From the NCBI RefSeq assembly GCF_009914755.1, contig NC_060944.1: a stretch of 64,000 bases of DNA; one strand, given 5' to 3'. This document shows positions 14,021 to 28,700 of this stretch, one piece after another (position 1 is the stretch's first letter; every line of letters begins with the position of its first letter). The DNA comes from the human T2T-CHM13v2.0 reference genome, Homo sapiens. Position numbers and translations under genes: made by a program. The notes below the pieces were generated by a model that worked only from the letters and a program-made list of their open reading frames with translations, ran no database searches and was not told where the DNA came from.

Positions 14021-15309
14021 AATGGAATCGAATGCAATGGAATGGAATAGCGTGGAATGTAATGGAATGCAATGGAAAGGAATCAAGCCAGGTGGAATCA
14101 AAAGGAATGGAATGGAATTGAATGCAATGGAATTGAATGGAATGAACCCGAGTGGAATGTAATGGCATGGAATGGAGTGGAATGCAATGGAAAGGAATGG
14201 AATGGATTCAACGCGATTGGAAAGGAATGGAATGGAATGGAATGGAATCAACCCGAGTGGAATGGAGTGCAACGGAATGGAATGAAATGGAATGGAATGG
14301 AATGGAATGGAATCAACGTGATTGTAAAGGAATGAAATGAAATGGAATGGAATGGAATGCAATTGAATCAACTCGATTGGAAAGGAATGGTTGGAATGGA
14401 AATGAAAGGAATGGAATGGAATGAAATCAACCCGAATGGAATGGAATGGAATGGAATGGAATGGAATGGAATTTAATGGAATGGAATGGAATGGAATGGA
14501 ATTTAATGGAATGGAATGGAATGGAATCAACGCGAGTGGAATGGAATGGAATGAATTGAATGCAATTAACCTGAGTGAAATGGAATAGAAAGGAATGGAA
14601 TGGAATTTAATGGAATTGAATGGAATGGAATGGAATCAACCTGAGTGGAATGGAATGAAATGGAATGGAATGGAAAGCAACGGAATTGAATGGAATCAAC
14701 CAGAGTTGAATGGAATTGAATGGAATGGAATGGATTGGAATCAACCCAAATTGAATAGAATGGAATGGAATTGCATGGAATTACCCCGAATGAAATGGCA
14801 TGGAAAGGAACAGAATATAATTTAATGGAATAGAATGGAATGGAATGGAATCAACCCGAGTGTAACTGAATGGAATGTAATGGAATGCAATGTAATGGAA
14901 TGGAACCAATAAGAGTGGGATGGATTGGAATAGAATGGAATGGAAGGAAAGGGAATGGAATCAACCTGAGTGGAATGGAATGGAATTGAATGGAATGGAA
15001 TGGAATGGAACGGAATGGAAAGGAATGGAATGGAATACACCAGAGTGGAATGGAATAGAATGGAATGGAATGGAGTGGAATCAACCACAGTGGAATGGAA
15101 TGCAATGGAATGGAATGGAATGGAATGGAATGGGATGGAATGGATTGGAATCAAACCGAGTGGAATGGAATGGAATGCAATGGAACGGAAAGGAATGCAA
15201 TGGAATGAAATAAACCCGAATGGAATGGAAAAGAATGGAATAGAATAGAATGGAATGGAGTTGATTGGAATCAATCGGAGTTTAATCTAAAGGAATGGAA
15301 AGGAATGGA

Positions 15310-17080
15310 ATTGAAGAGAATTGAATGGAATGGAATGGAATGGAATGGAAAGGAATGGACTGGAATGGAATAAATTGCAGTGGAATGGTATGGAATGCAA
15401 AGTAATATAATGAAAATGAGTAGAATCCACCAAACTGGAAAGGAAAGGAAGGGAATGGAGTGGAATGAATGGAATGGATTGGAAAGGAATCAACCTGAGT
15501 GGAATGGAATGGAATGGAATGGAATGGAATGGAATGGAATGGAATGGAATGGAATCACCCCATGTGGAATGGAAAGAATGGAATGGAATGTAAAGCAATG
15601 GCATGGAATGGAATGGAATGGAATGGAATGAAATGGAATGGAATTTATTAGAATCAACCTGCGTGGAATGTAGTGGATTCGAGTGGAATGGAATCAACCC
15701 GATAGGAATGGAATAAAATGGAATGGAATGCAATGGAATTGATTGGAAAGGAATGGAGTCAACCCTACTGGAATGGAAGGTAATGGAATGGAAAGGAATG
15801 GAATGGAATGGAATGCAATGGAATCAACCCGACAGGACTGGAAAGGAATGGAATGGAATGAAATGATTTCAAACCGACTGGAATGGAATGGAATAGAATG
15901 GAATGGAATGGAATACACCAGAGTGGAATGGAATAGAATGGAATGGAATGGAGTGGAATCAACCACAGTGGAATGGAATAGAATGGAATGGATTGGAATC
16001 AAACCGAGTGTAAAGGAATGGAATGGAAAGGAATGGAATGGAATGATATCAACCCGAGTGAAATGGAATGGAATGGAATGGGATCGAATAGAATGGAATG
16101 GAGTGGATTGGAATCAATCTGATTGAAATGGAAAGGAATTGAAAGGAATGGAATTGAAGGGAATGGAATGGAATGGAATGGAATGGAATAAACCCGAGTA
16201 GAATACAATCGAAGGGAATGCAATCGAATGTAATGGAATGGCATTGAATGGAATCAACACAAGTGGAATGGAATGGAATGGAATGGATTGGAGTGGAATG
16301 ATATCAACCCCAGTGGAATGTAATGTACAGGAATGGAATGGAATGGAGTAGAATGAACCCGAGTGGAATGGAATGGTATGGAATGAATCGGAATGGAATG
16401 CAATCGTATGGAATGGAATGGAATGGTATTGAAGGGAATGGAATGGAATGGAATAGAATCCAATCCAGTGTAAAGGAATGGAACGGAATGGAATGGAATG
16501 GAATGGAATGGAATGGAATGGAATGGAAAGGAATGGACTGCAATGGAATAAATTGCAGTGGAATGGTATGGAATGCAAAGTAATATAATGAAAATGAGTA
16601 GAATCCACCAAAATGGAAAGGAAAAGAATGGAATGGAGTGGAATGAATGGAATGGATTGGAAAGGAATCAACCCGAGTGGAATGGAAAGGAATGGAATGG
16701 AATGGAATGGAATGGAATGGAATGGAATGGAATGGAATCACCCCATGTGGAATGGAAAGAATGGAATGGAATGGAAAGCAATGGCATGGAATGGAATGGA
16801 ATGGAATGGAATGGAATGGAATGGAATGGATTGGAATCAACCTGCGTGGAATGTAGTGGATTCGAATGGAATGGAATCAACCCGATAGGAATGGAATAAA
16901 ATGGAATGGAATGCAATGGAATTGATTGGAAAGGAATGGAGTCAACCCTACTGGAATGGAAGGTAATGGAATGGAAAGGAATGGAATGGAATGGAATGCA
17001 ATGGATTCAACCCGACTGGACTGGAATGGAATGGAATGGAATGAAATGGAGTCAAACCGACTGGAATGGAATGGAATGAA
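15310..17080 (+). repeat. Direct repeat with ~1,180-bp offset
   Basis: AAATTGCAGT 15372/16550 and GGAAGGTAATGG ~15775/16958. Matching ORF starts are 15380/16558 and 15743/16926. Confidence 0.8.
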
Positions 17081-20000
17081 ATGGAATCAACTGGAATGGA
17101 ATGGAATGGAATGGAATGGAATGGAATGGAATGGAATGGAATGGAATGCCATGGAATGGAATGGAATGGAATGGAATGGAATGGAATGGAATGCCATGGA
17201 ATGCCATGGAATGGAATGGAATGGAATGGAATGGAATAGAATGGAATGGAATGGAATGGAATGGAATGCCATGGAATGGAATGGAATGGAATTAACAAGA
17301 ATGGAAAGGAATGGAATGGAATGGAATGGAATGGAATGGAATGGAATGGAATGGAATGGAGAGGAGGCAAACCGAGTGGAATGGAATGGATTGCAATGGA
17401 ATGGAAAGGAATGGAATGGAATGGAATGGAATGCAACGGAATGGAGTGGAATGGAATGGAATGGAATGGAATGGAATGGAATGGAATGGAATCAATGCAA
17501 GCATAATTGAATGGAATGGAATGGAATGGAGTGAAATTGATTGGAATTGATATGAATGGAATGGAATAAACTGGAATGGAAGGGAATGGAATGGAATGGA
17601 ATGGAATGGAATGGAATCAACTAGAATGGAAAGGAATGGAATGGAATGCAATGGAATGGAATGGAATGGAATCAACCCTTGTGAAATGTAAAGCAAAGGA
17701 ATGGAATGGAATGGAATTGTATCAACAAAAGTGGAATGGAATGGAATGGAATACAATGGAATGGAATGGAATGGAATAGAATAAACTGGAGTGGAATGGA
17801 ATAGAATGGAATGCAATGGATTCGATTGGAATTTAATTAACCCAATTGGAATGGAGTGGAATGGAATGGAATGGAATGGAATGGAATGGAATGGAAAGAA
17901 GCCGATTGGAATGCATTGGACTGCAAATGAATGGAACTGAAAGTGATGGAATGGAATGGAATGGAATGCAAAGGAATGGAAAGGAATGGAATGGAATGGA
18001 ATTTAATGGAGTCAATGCAAGTGTAATTGAATGGAATGGAATCAACAAAAGTGGAATGGAAGGGAATGGAATAAAATGGAATGGAATGGAATGGAAAGCA
18101 ATGGAGTCAATACGTATGGAATCGAATAGAATGGAATTCAAAGGAATGGAATGGAATGGAATGCAATGGAATGGAATGGGATGGGATGGAATGGAAACAA
18201 ACCGAGTGGAGTGGAATGGAATTGAATGGAATGGAATGGAATTAATTGGAATGGAAAGGAATGGAATAGAATGGAATGGAATGGAATCTACCAGAGTGGA
18301 ATGGAATTGAATGGAATTGAATGGAATGTAATGGAATAAATTGGAATGGAAAGGAATGGAATGGAATGGAATCAACAAGAGTGGAATGGAATTGAATGGA
18401 ATGGAATGGAATGGAATCAAAACGAGTGGAATGGAATTGAATGGAATGGAATGGAATGGAATGCAATGGAATGGAAAGGAATGGAATAGAATGGAATGGA
18501 AAGGAATGGATCGGAGTGGAATGGAATGGAATGGAATGGTATAAACGCAAGTGTAATTGAATGGAATGGAATGGAATGGAAGGGAGAGGAATGGAATGGA
18601 ATTGATTTGAATGCAATGGAATCACCTGGAATCGAATGGAATGGAATGGAATTAACTAGAATGGAAAGGAATGGAATGGAATGGAATGCAGTTGAATGGA
18701 ATGGAATGGAATCAACCAGTGTGTAATGTAACGCAAAGGAATCGAATGCAAAGGAATGGAATCAACAAAAGTGTAATGGAAGAGAATGGAATAGAATGGA
18801 ATGGAATGGAATGGAAAGCAATGGAGTCAACCCGAATGGAATCGAATGGAATGGAATGCAATGGAATGGAATGGAATGCAATGGAATGGAATGGAAGGGA
18901 ATGGGATGGGATGGGATGGGATGGAATGGAATGGAATCAACCACAGTGGAATGGAATTGAATGGAATGGAATGGAATGGAATCAACCCGAGTGGAATGGA
19001 ATTCAATGGAATGGAATGGAATGGAATCAACCCGAGTGGAATGGAATTGAATGGAATGGAATGTAATGGAATTAACCCGAGTGAAATGGAATGGAAAGGA
19101 ACGGAATGGAATTTAATGGAATTGAATGTAATCAACCTGAGTGGACTGGAATGAAATGGAGTGGAATGGAAAGCAATGGATTTGAATGGAATCAGCCAGC
19201 GTTGAATGGAATTGAACGGAATGGAATGGAATGGAATCAACCCAAATGGAATGTAATGGAATGGAATTGAATGGAATTACCCCGAGTGAAATGGCACGGA
19301 AAGGAACAGAAAAGAATTTAATGGAATGAAATGGAATGGAATGGAATCAACATGAGTGGAATGGAATGGAATGAAATGGAATGCAATGCAATGGAATGGA
19401 ACCAATAAGAGTGGAATGGATTGGAATGGAATGGAATGGAATGAAAGGGAATAGAATCAACCCGAGTGAAATGGAATGGAATGGAATGGAATGGAATGGA
19501 ATGGAATGGAATGGAATGGAATGGAATACACCAGAGTGGAATGGAATAGAATGGAATGGAATGGAGTGGAATCAACCACAGTGGAATGGAATGGAATGGA
19601 ATGCAATGGTATGGAATGGAATGGAATGGATTGGAATCAAACCGAGTGTAAAGGAATGGAATGGAAAGGAATGCAATGGAATGAAATCAACCCGAGTGAA
19701 ATGGAATGTAATGGAATTGGATGGAATAGAATGGAATGGAGTGCATTGGAATCAATCTGAGTGGAATGGAAAGGAATGGAAACGAATGGAATTGAAGGGA
19801 ATGCAATGGAATGGAATGGAATGGAATGGAATGGAATGGAATAAACCCGAGTAGAATGCAATGGAAGGGAATGGTATCGAATGTAATGGAATGGCATTGA
19901 ATGGAATCAACACGAGTAGAATGGAATGGAATGGAATGGATTAGAGTGGAATGGAATCAACCCCAGTGGAATGTAATGTAAAGGAATGGAATGGAATGGA

Positions 20001-23000
20001 ATAGAATGAACCCAAGTGGAATGGAATGGTATGGAATGAAACGGAATTGAATGGAATGGTATGGAATGGAAAGGAACGGTATTGAACGCAATGGAATGGA
20101 ATGGAATAGAATCCAATCCAGTGTAAAGGAATGGAATGGAATGGAATGGAATGGAATGGAATGGAATGGAATGGAATGGAATGGAATGGAAAGGAATGGA
20201 CTGGAATAGAAAAAATTGCAGTGGAATGGTATGGAATGCAAAGTAATATAATGAAAATGAGTGGAATTCACCAAAATGGAAAGGAAAGGAAAGGAATGGA
20301 ATGGAATGAATGGAATGGATTGGAAAGGAATCAACCCGAGTGGAATGCAAAGGAATGGAATGCAATGGAATGGAATGGAATGGAATGGAATGGAATGGAA
20401 TAACCCCATGTGGAATGGAAAGAATGGAATGGAATGGAAAGCAATGGCATGGAATGGAATGGAAAGGAATCGAATGGAATGGAATGGAATGGAATGGAAT
20501 GGAATGGAATGGAATGGAATGGAATCAACCCGGGTGGAATGTAATGGAATGAAATGGAATGGAATGGAATGGAATGGAATGGAATCAAATGGATTTGAAT
20601 CAACCTGCGTGGAATGTAGTGGATTCGAATGTAATGGAATCAACCCGATAGGAATGGAATGAAATGGAATGGAATGCAATGGAATTGAATGGAAAGGAAT
20701 GGAGTCAACCCTACTGGAATGGAAGGGAATGGAATGGAAAGGAATGGAATGGAATGGAATGCAATGGAATCAACCCGAATGGACTGGAATGGAATGGAAT
20801 GGAATGGAATGGAATGGAATGGAATGAAATGGAGTCAAACCGACTGGAATGGAATGGAATGGAATGCAATGGAATGGAATGGAATGGAATGGAATGGAAT
20901 GGAATGGAATGGAATGGAATCAACTCGAATGCAATGGAATGGACTGGAATGGACTGGAACGAAATGGAATAGAATGGAATGGAATGCAATGGAATGGATT
21001 GAAAAGCAATGGAAGGGAATAAAATCAAGTGAAATTGGATGGAATGGATTGGAATGGAATGGAATGGAATGGAATGGAATGGAATGGAATGGAATGGAAT
21101 GGAATCCACCCAAGTGGAATGGAATGGATTGGAATGGATTGGAATGGAATGGAATGGAATGGAATGGACTTCACACGAGTGCAACGGAATGGAATGGAAT
21201 GGAACCAACCCGAGTGGAATGGAATGGAATGGAAATTAATGGAATGGAATGGAATGGAATGGAATCAACCCGAGGGAATGGAACGGAATGCAATGAAATG
21301 GTATGGAATGGTGTGGAATGGAATGGAATGGAATGCAATGGAATGGAATCAAAGCAAGTGGAATGGAATGGAATGAAATGAAATTTAATGGAATCAACAC
21401 GAGTGGAATGGAAGGGAATGCAACGGGATGGGATGGAATGGAATGGAATGCAATGCAATGGAATCAACCCGAGAAGAATGGAAAGGAAAGGAATGGAATG
21501 GAATGGAATGGAATGGAATCCACCCGATTAGAAAGGAAACGAATGGCAAGGAATGCAATGGAATGGAATGGAATGGAATGGAATGGAATGGAATGGAATG
21601 GAATGGAAAGGAATGCAAGGGCATGGAATGGAATGGAGTCAACTGGAATGGAACGGAATGGAATGGAATGGAATGGAATGGAATGGAATGGAATGGAATG
21701 GAATGGAATCAACACCAGTGGAATGAAATGGAAAGGAGCAGAATGGACAGGAAAGGAATGGAAAGGAACTGAATGTAATGGAATCGAATGGAGTGGAATT
21801 GAATGGAATGGAATGGAATCAATGTGAGTGAAATGGAATGGAATGGAACGGAATGGAGGGTAATGGAATGGAATGGAATGGAATGCAATGGAATCAAAGC
21901 GAGTGCAATGGAATGGAATGGAATGGAATGGAATGGAATGGAATGGAAACGAATGGAGTAAATAAAATGGAATTTATTTGAATGGAATGGAATCAAATGG
22001 AATGGAATGGAATGGAATGGAATGGAATGGAATGGAATGGAATGGAATGGAATGGAAAGGAATTGAACAGAATGGAATGGAAAGGAATGGATTGGAGTGG
22101 AATGGAATGGAATGGAATGGAATGGAATGGTATCAATGCAAGTGTAATTGAATGGAATGGAATGGAATGGAGAGGAATGGAATGGAATTGCTTTGAATGC
22201 AATGGAATCACCTGGAATCGAATGGAATGGAAAGGAATCAACTAGAATGGAAAGGAATGGAATGGAATGGAATGCAGTTGAATGGAATGGAATGGAATCA
22301 ACCCGTGTGGAATGTAATGCAAAGGAATGGAATGGAATGGAATAGAATGGAATGGAATGGAATGGAATGGAATGGAATCAACAAAAGTGGAATGGAAGGG
22401 AATGGAATAGAATGGAATGGAATGGAATGGAATTGAAAGCAATGGACTCAACCCAAAAGGAATCGAATGGAATGGAATGCAATGGAATGGAATGGAATGC
22501 AATGGGATGGAATGGAATGGGATGGAATGGAATGGAATGGAATGGAATGGAATGGGATGGAATGGAATGGAATCAACCAGAGTGGAATAGAATTGAATGG
22601 AATTGAATGGAATGAAATCAACCCGAGTGGAATGGAAAGGAATGGAATGGAATGGAATGGAATGGAATGGAATCAACCAGAGTGGAATGGAATTGAATGG
22701 AATGGAATGGAATGGAATCAACCCGAGTGGAATGGAACTGAATGGAATCTACCCGAGTGGAATGGAATGGAATGGAATGGAATGGAATGGAATGGAATGG
22801 AATGGAATGGAATGGAATGGAATGGAATTAACCCGAGTGAAATGCAATGGAAAGGAACGGAATGGAATTTAATGGAATGGAATGGAATGGAATCAACCTG
22901 AGTGGACTGGAATGAAATGGGGTGGAATGGAAAGCAATGGATTTGAATGGAATCAGCCAGAGTTGAATGGAATTGAACGGAATGGAATGGAAGGGAATCA

Positions 23001-26000
23001 ACCCAAATGGAATGTAATGGAATGGAATTGAATGGAATTACCCCGAGTGAAATGGCATGGAAAGGAACGGAATAGAATTTAATTGAATGAAATGGGACGG
23101 AATGGAATCAACATGAGTGGACTGGAATGGAATGAAATGGAATGCAATGCAATGGAATGGAACCAATAAGAGTGGAATGGATTGGAATGGAATGGAATGG
23201 AATGAAAGGGAATGGAATCAATCCACGTGGAATAGAATGGAATGGAATGGAATGGAATGGAATACACCAGAGTGGAATGGAATAGAATGGAATGGAATGG
23301 AGTGGAATCAACCACAGTGGAATGGAATGGAATAGAATGGAATGGAATGGATTGGAATCAAACCGAGTGTAATGGAATGGAATGGAAAGGAATGGAATGG
23401 AATGAAATCAACCCTAGTGAAATGGAATAGAATGGAATGGGATGAAATATAATGGAATGGAGTGGATTGGAATCAATCTGATTAGAATGGAAAGGAATGA
23501 AAAGGAACGGAATTGAAGGGAATGGAATGGAATGGAATGGAATGGAATGGAATGGAATGGAATGGAATGGAATGGAATAAACCCGAGTAGAATGCATTTT
23601 AAGGGAAAGGAATCGAATGTAATGGAATGGCATTGAATGGAATCAACACGAGTGGAATGGAATGGGATGGAACGGATTGGAGTGGAATGGAATCAACCCA
23701 GGTGGAATGTAATGTACAGGAATGGAATTGAATGGATTAGAATGAACCCGAGTGGAATGGAATGGTATGGAATGAAACGGAATGGAATGGAATGGTATGG
23801 AATGGAATGGAATGGTATTGAAGGGAATGGAATGGAATGGAATAGAATCCAATCCAGTGTAAAGGAATGGAATGGAATGGAAAGGAATGGAATGGAATGG
23901 AATGGAATGGGAAGGAATGGACTGGAATGGAATAAATTGCAGTGGAATGGTATGGAATGCAAAGTAATATAATGAAAATGAGTAGAATCCACCAAAATGG
24001 AAAGGAAAGGAATGGAATGGAATGGAATGAATGGAATGGATTGGAAAGGAATCAACCCCAGTGGAATGGAAAGGAATGGAATGGAATGGAATGGAATGGA
24101 ATGGAATGGAATGGAATGGAATGGATTGGAATGGAATCACCCCATGTGGAATGGAAAGAATGGAATGGAATGGAAAGCAATGGCATTGAATGGAATGGAA
24201 TGGAATGGAATGGAATGGAATGGAATGGAATGGATTGGAATCAAACTGCGTGGAATGTAGTGGATTCGAATGGAATGGAATCAACCCGATAGGAATGGAA
24301 TAAAATGGAATGGAATGCAATGGAATTGATTGGAAAGGAATGGAGTCAACCCTACTTGAATGGAAGGTAATGGAATGGAAAGGAATGGAATGGAATGGAA
24401 TGCAATGGAATCAACCCGACTGGACTAGAATGGAATGCAATGGAATGAAATGGAGACAAACCGACTGGAATGGAATGCAATGGAATGGAATGGAATGGAA
24501 TGGAATGAAATGGAATAAACTGGAATGGAATGGAATGGAATGGAATGGAATGGAATGGAATGCCATGGAATGGAATGGAATGGAATTAACAAGAATGGAA
24601 AGGAATGGAATGGAATGGAATGGAATGCAATGGAATGGAATGGAATGGAGAGGAGGCAAACCGAGTGGAATGGAATGGATTGCAATGGAATGGAAAGGAA
24701 TGGAATGGAATGGAATGGAATGCAACGGAATGGAGTGGAATGCCATGGAATGGAATGGAATGGAATGGAATGGAATGGAATCAATGCAAGTGTAATTGAA
24801 TGGAATGGAATGGAGTGGAATGCAGTGAAATTGATTGGAATTGATATGAATGGAATGGAATAAACTGGAATGGAACGGAATGGAATGGAATGGAATGGAA
24901 TGGAATCAACTAGAATGGAAAGGAATGGAATGGAATGCAATGGAATGGAATGGAATGGAATGGAATCAACCCTTGTGAAATGTAAAGCAAAGGAATGGAA
25001 TGGAATGGAATGGAATGGAATCAACAAAAGTGGAATGGAATGGAATGGAATACAATGGAATGGAATGGAATGGAATGGAATAAACCGGAGTGGAATGGAA
25101 TGGAATGGAATGCAATGGATTCGATTGGAATTTAATTAACCCGATTGGAATGGAGTGGAATGGAATGGAATGGAATGGAATGGAATGGTATCAACGCAAG
25201 TGTAATTGAATGAAATGGAATGGAGAGGAATGGAATGGAATTGATTTGAATGTAATGGAATCACCTGGAATCGAATGGAATGGAATGGAATCAACTAGAA
25301 TGGAAAGGAATGGAATGGAATGGAATGCAGTTGAATGGAATGGAAAGGAATCAACCCGTGTGGAATGTAATGCAAAGGAATCGAATGGAAAGGAATGGAA
25401 TCAAGAAAAATGTAATGGAACGGAATGGAATAGAATGGAATGGAATGGAATGCAATGGAATGGAAAGCAATGGAGTCAACCCGAATGGAATCAAATGGAA
25501 TGGTATGCAATGGAATGGATTGGAATGCAATGGAATGGAATGCAATGGAATGGAATGGAATGCAATGGAATGGAATAGAATGGAATGCAATGGCATGGGA
25601 TGGAATGGAATGGAATCATCCAGAGTGGAATGGAATTGAACGGAATGGAATGGAATGGAATCAACCCGAGTGGAATGGAATTGAATGGAATGGAATGGAA
25701 TGGAATCAACCCGAGTGGAATGGAATGGAATGGAATGGAATGGAATGGAATGGAATGGAATGGAATTAACCTGAATGAAATGGAATGGAAAGGAACGGAA
25801 TGGAATTTAATGGAATGGAATGGAATCAACCTGATTGGACTGTAATGAAATGGGGTGGAATGGAAAGCAATGGATTTGAATGGAATCAGCCAGAGTTGAA
25901 TGGAATTGAACGGAATGGAATGGAATGGAATCAACCCAAATGGAATGTAATGGAATGGAATTGAATGGAATTACCCCGAGTGAAATGGCATGGAAAGGAA

Positions 26001-28700
26001 CGGAATAGAATTTAATGGAATGAAATGGAATGGAATGGAATCAACATGAGTGGAATGGAATGGAATGAAATGGAATGCAATGCAATGGAATGGAACCAAT
26101 AAGAGTGGAATGGATTGGAATGGAATGGAATCGAATGAAAGGGAATAGAATCAACCCGTGTGAAATGGAATGGAATAGAATGGAATGGAATGGAATGGAA
26201 TGGAATGGAATGGAATGGAATACATCAGAGTGGAATGGAATAGAATGGAATGGAATGGAGTGGAATCAACCACAGTGGAATGGAATGGAATGGAATGGAA
26301 TGGAACGGAATGGAATGGTATGGAATGGAATGGAATGGATTGGAATCAAACCGAGTGTAATGGAATGGAATGGCAAGGAATGGAATGGAATGAAATCAAC
26401 CCGAGTGAAATGGAATGGAATGGAATTGGATGGAATAGAATGGAATGGAGTGGATTGGAATAAATCTTAGTGGAATGGAACGGAATGGAAAGGAATGGAA
26501 TTGAAGGGAATGGAACGGAATGGAATGGAATGGAATGGAATAAACCCGAGTAGAATGCAATTGAAGGGAATGCAATCGAATGTAATGCAATGGCATTGAA
26601 TGGAATCAACACGAGTAGAATGGAATGGAATGGAATGGATTGGAGTGGAATGGAATCAACCCCAGTGGAATGTAATGTACAGGAATGGAATGGAATGGAG
26701 TAGAAGGAACCAGAGTGGAATGGAATGGTATGGAATGAAACAGAATGGAATGGAATGGTATGGAATGGAATGGAATGGTATTGAACGGAATGGAATGAAA
26801 TGGAATAGAATCCAATCCAGTGTAAAGGAATGGAATGGAATGGAATGGAATGGAATGGAATGGAATGGAATGGAATGGAAAGGAATGGACTGGAATGGAA
26901 TAAATTGCAGTGGAATGGTATGGAATGCAAATTAATATAATGAAAATGAGTGGAATCCACAAAAATGGAAAGGAAAGGAATGGAATGGAATGGAATGAAT
27001 GGAATGGATTGGAAAGGAATCAACCCGAGTGGAATGGAAAGGAATGGAATGGAATGGAATGGAATGCAATGGAATGGAATGGAATGGATTGGAATGGAAT
27101 CACACCATGTGGAATGGAAAGAATGGAATGGAATGGAAAGCAAAGGCATGGAATGGAATGGAAAGGAATCGAATGGAATGGAATGGAATGGAATGGAATG
27201 GAATGGAATGGAATGGAATCAACCCGGGTGGAATGTAATGGAATGAAATGGAATGGAATGGAATGGAATGGAATGGAATGGAATCAAATGGATTTGAATC
27301 AACCTGCGTGGAATGTAGTGGATTCGAATGGAATGGAATCAACCCGATAGGAATGGAATGAAATGGAATGGAATGCAACGGAATTGAATGGAAAGGAATG
27401 GAGTCAACCCTACTGGAATGGAAGGGAATGGAATGGAAAGGAATGGAATGGAATGGAATCAACCCGACTGGACTGGAATGGAATGGAATGGAACGGAATG
27501 AAATGGAGTCAAACCGACTGGAATGGAATGGTTTGGAATGCAATGGAATGGAATGGAATGGAATGGAATGGAATGGAATGGAATGGAATGGAATGCAAGG
27601 GAGTCAACTCGAATGGAATGGAATGGAATGGAATGGAGTGGAATAGACTGGAACGAAATGGAATAGAATGGAATGCAATGCAATGGAATGGATTGAAATG
27701 GAATGGAAAGGAATAAAAACAAGTGAAATTGGATGGAATGGATTGGAATGGAATGGAATGGAATGGAATGGAATGGAATAAAATGGAATCCACCCAAGTG
27801 GAATGGAATGGATTGGAATGGATTGGAATGGAATGGAATGGAATGGAATGGAATGGAATGGAATGGACTTCACACGAGTGCAACGGAATGGAATGGAATG
27901 GAACCAACCCGAGTGGAAAGGAATGGAATGGAAATTAATAGAATGGAATGGAATGGAATCAACCCGAGGGAATGGAACGGAATGCAATGAAATGGTATGG
28001 AATGGTGTGGAATGGAATGGAATGGAATGCAATGGAATGGAATCAAAGCGAGTGGAATGGAATGGAATGAAATGGAATGGAATGGAATCAACACGAGTGG
28101 AATGGAAGGGAATGGAATGGGATGGGATGGAATGGAATGGAATGAAATGCAATGGAATCAACACGAGAAGAATGGAAAGGAAGGGAATGGAATGGAATGG
28201 AATGGAATGGAATGGAATGGAATGGAATGGAATGGAATGGAATGAAATCCACCCGATTAGAATGGAAAGGAATGGCAAGGAATGCACTGGAATGGAATGG
28301 AATGGAATGGAATGCAATGGAATGGAATGGAATGGAATGGAATGGAATGGAATGGAAAGGAATGCAAGGACATGGAATGGAATGGAGTCAACTGGAATAG
28401 AATGGAATGGAATGGAATCAACACCAGTGGAATGAAATGGAAAGGAGCGGAATGGACAGGAAAGGAATGGAAAGGAACTGAATGTAATGGAATCTAATGG
28501 AGTGGAATTGAATGGAATGGATTGGAATCAATGTGAGTGAAAAGGAATGGAATGGAACGGAATGGAGGGGAATGGAATAGAATGGAATGGAATGCAATGG
28601 AATCAATGCGAGTGCAATGGAATGGAATGGAATGGAATGGAAAGGAATGGAGTAAATAAAATGGAATTTATTTGAATGGAATGGAATCAAATGGAATGGA
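16100..28700 (+). repeat. Older direct repeat, offset ~7.4 kb falling to ~6.7 kb (~16.1-22.0 kb vs ~23.5-28.7 kb)
   Basis: GGAAGGTAATGG 16958/24362, TTAATTAA 17833/25132, AACGCAAGTGT ~18544/25193, CAATAAGAGT 19403/26097, AGTAAATAAA 21957/28651. Confidence 0.72.
18897..18920 (+). other. Canonical G-quadruplex-forming motif (five GGG tracts)
   Basis: GGGAATGGGATGGGATGGGATGGG matches G3N1-7 x4 with an extra tract. Folding is not demonstrated. Confidence 0.6.
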
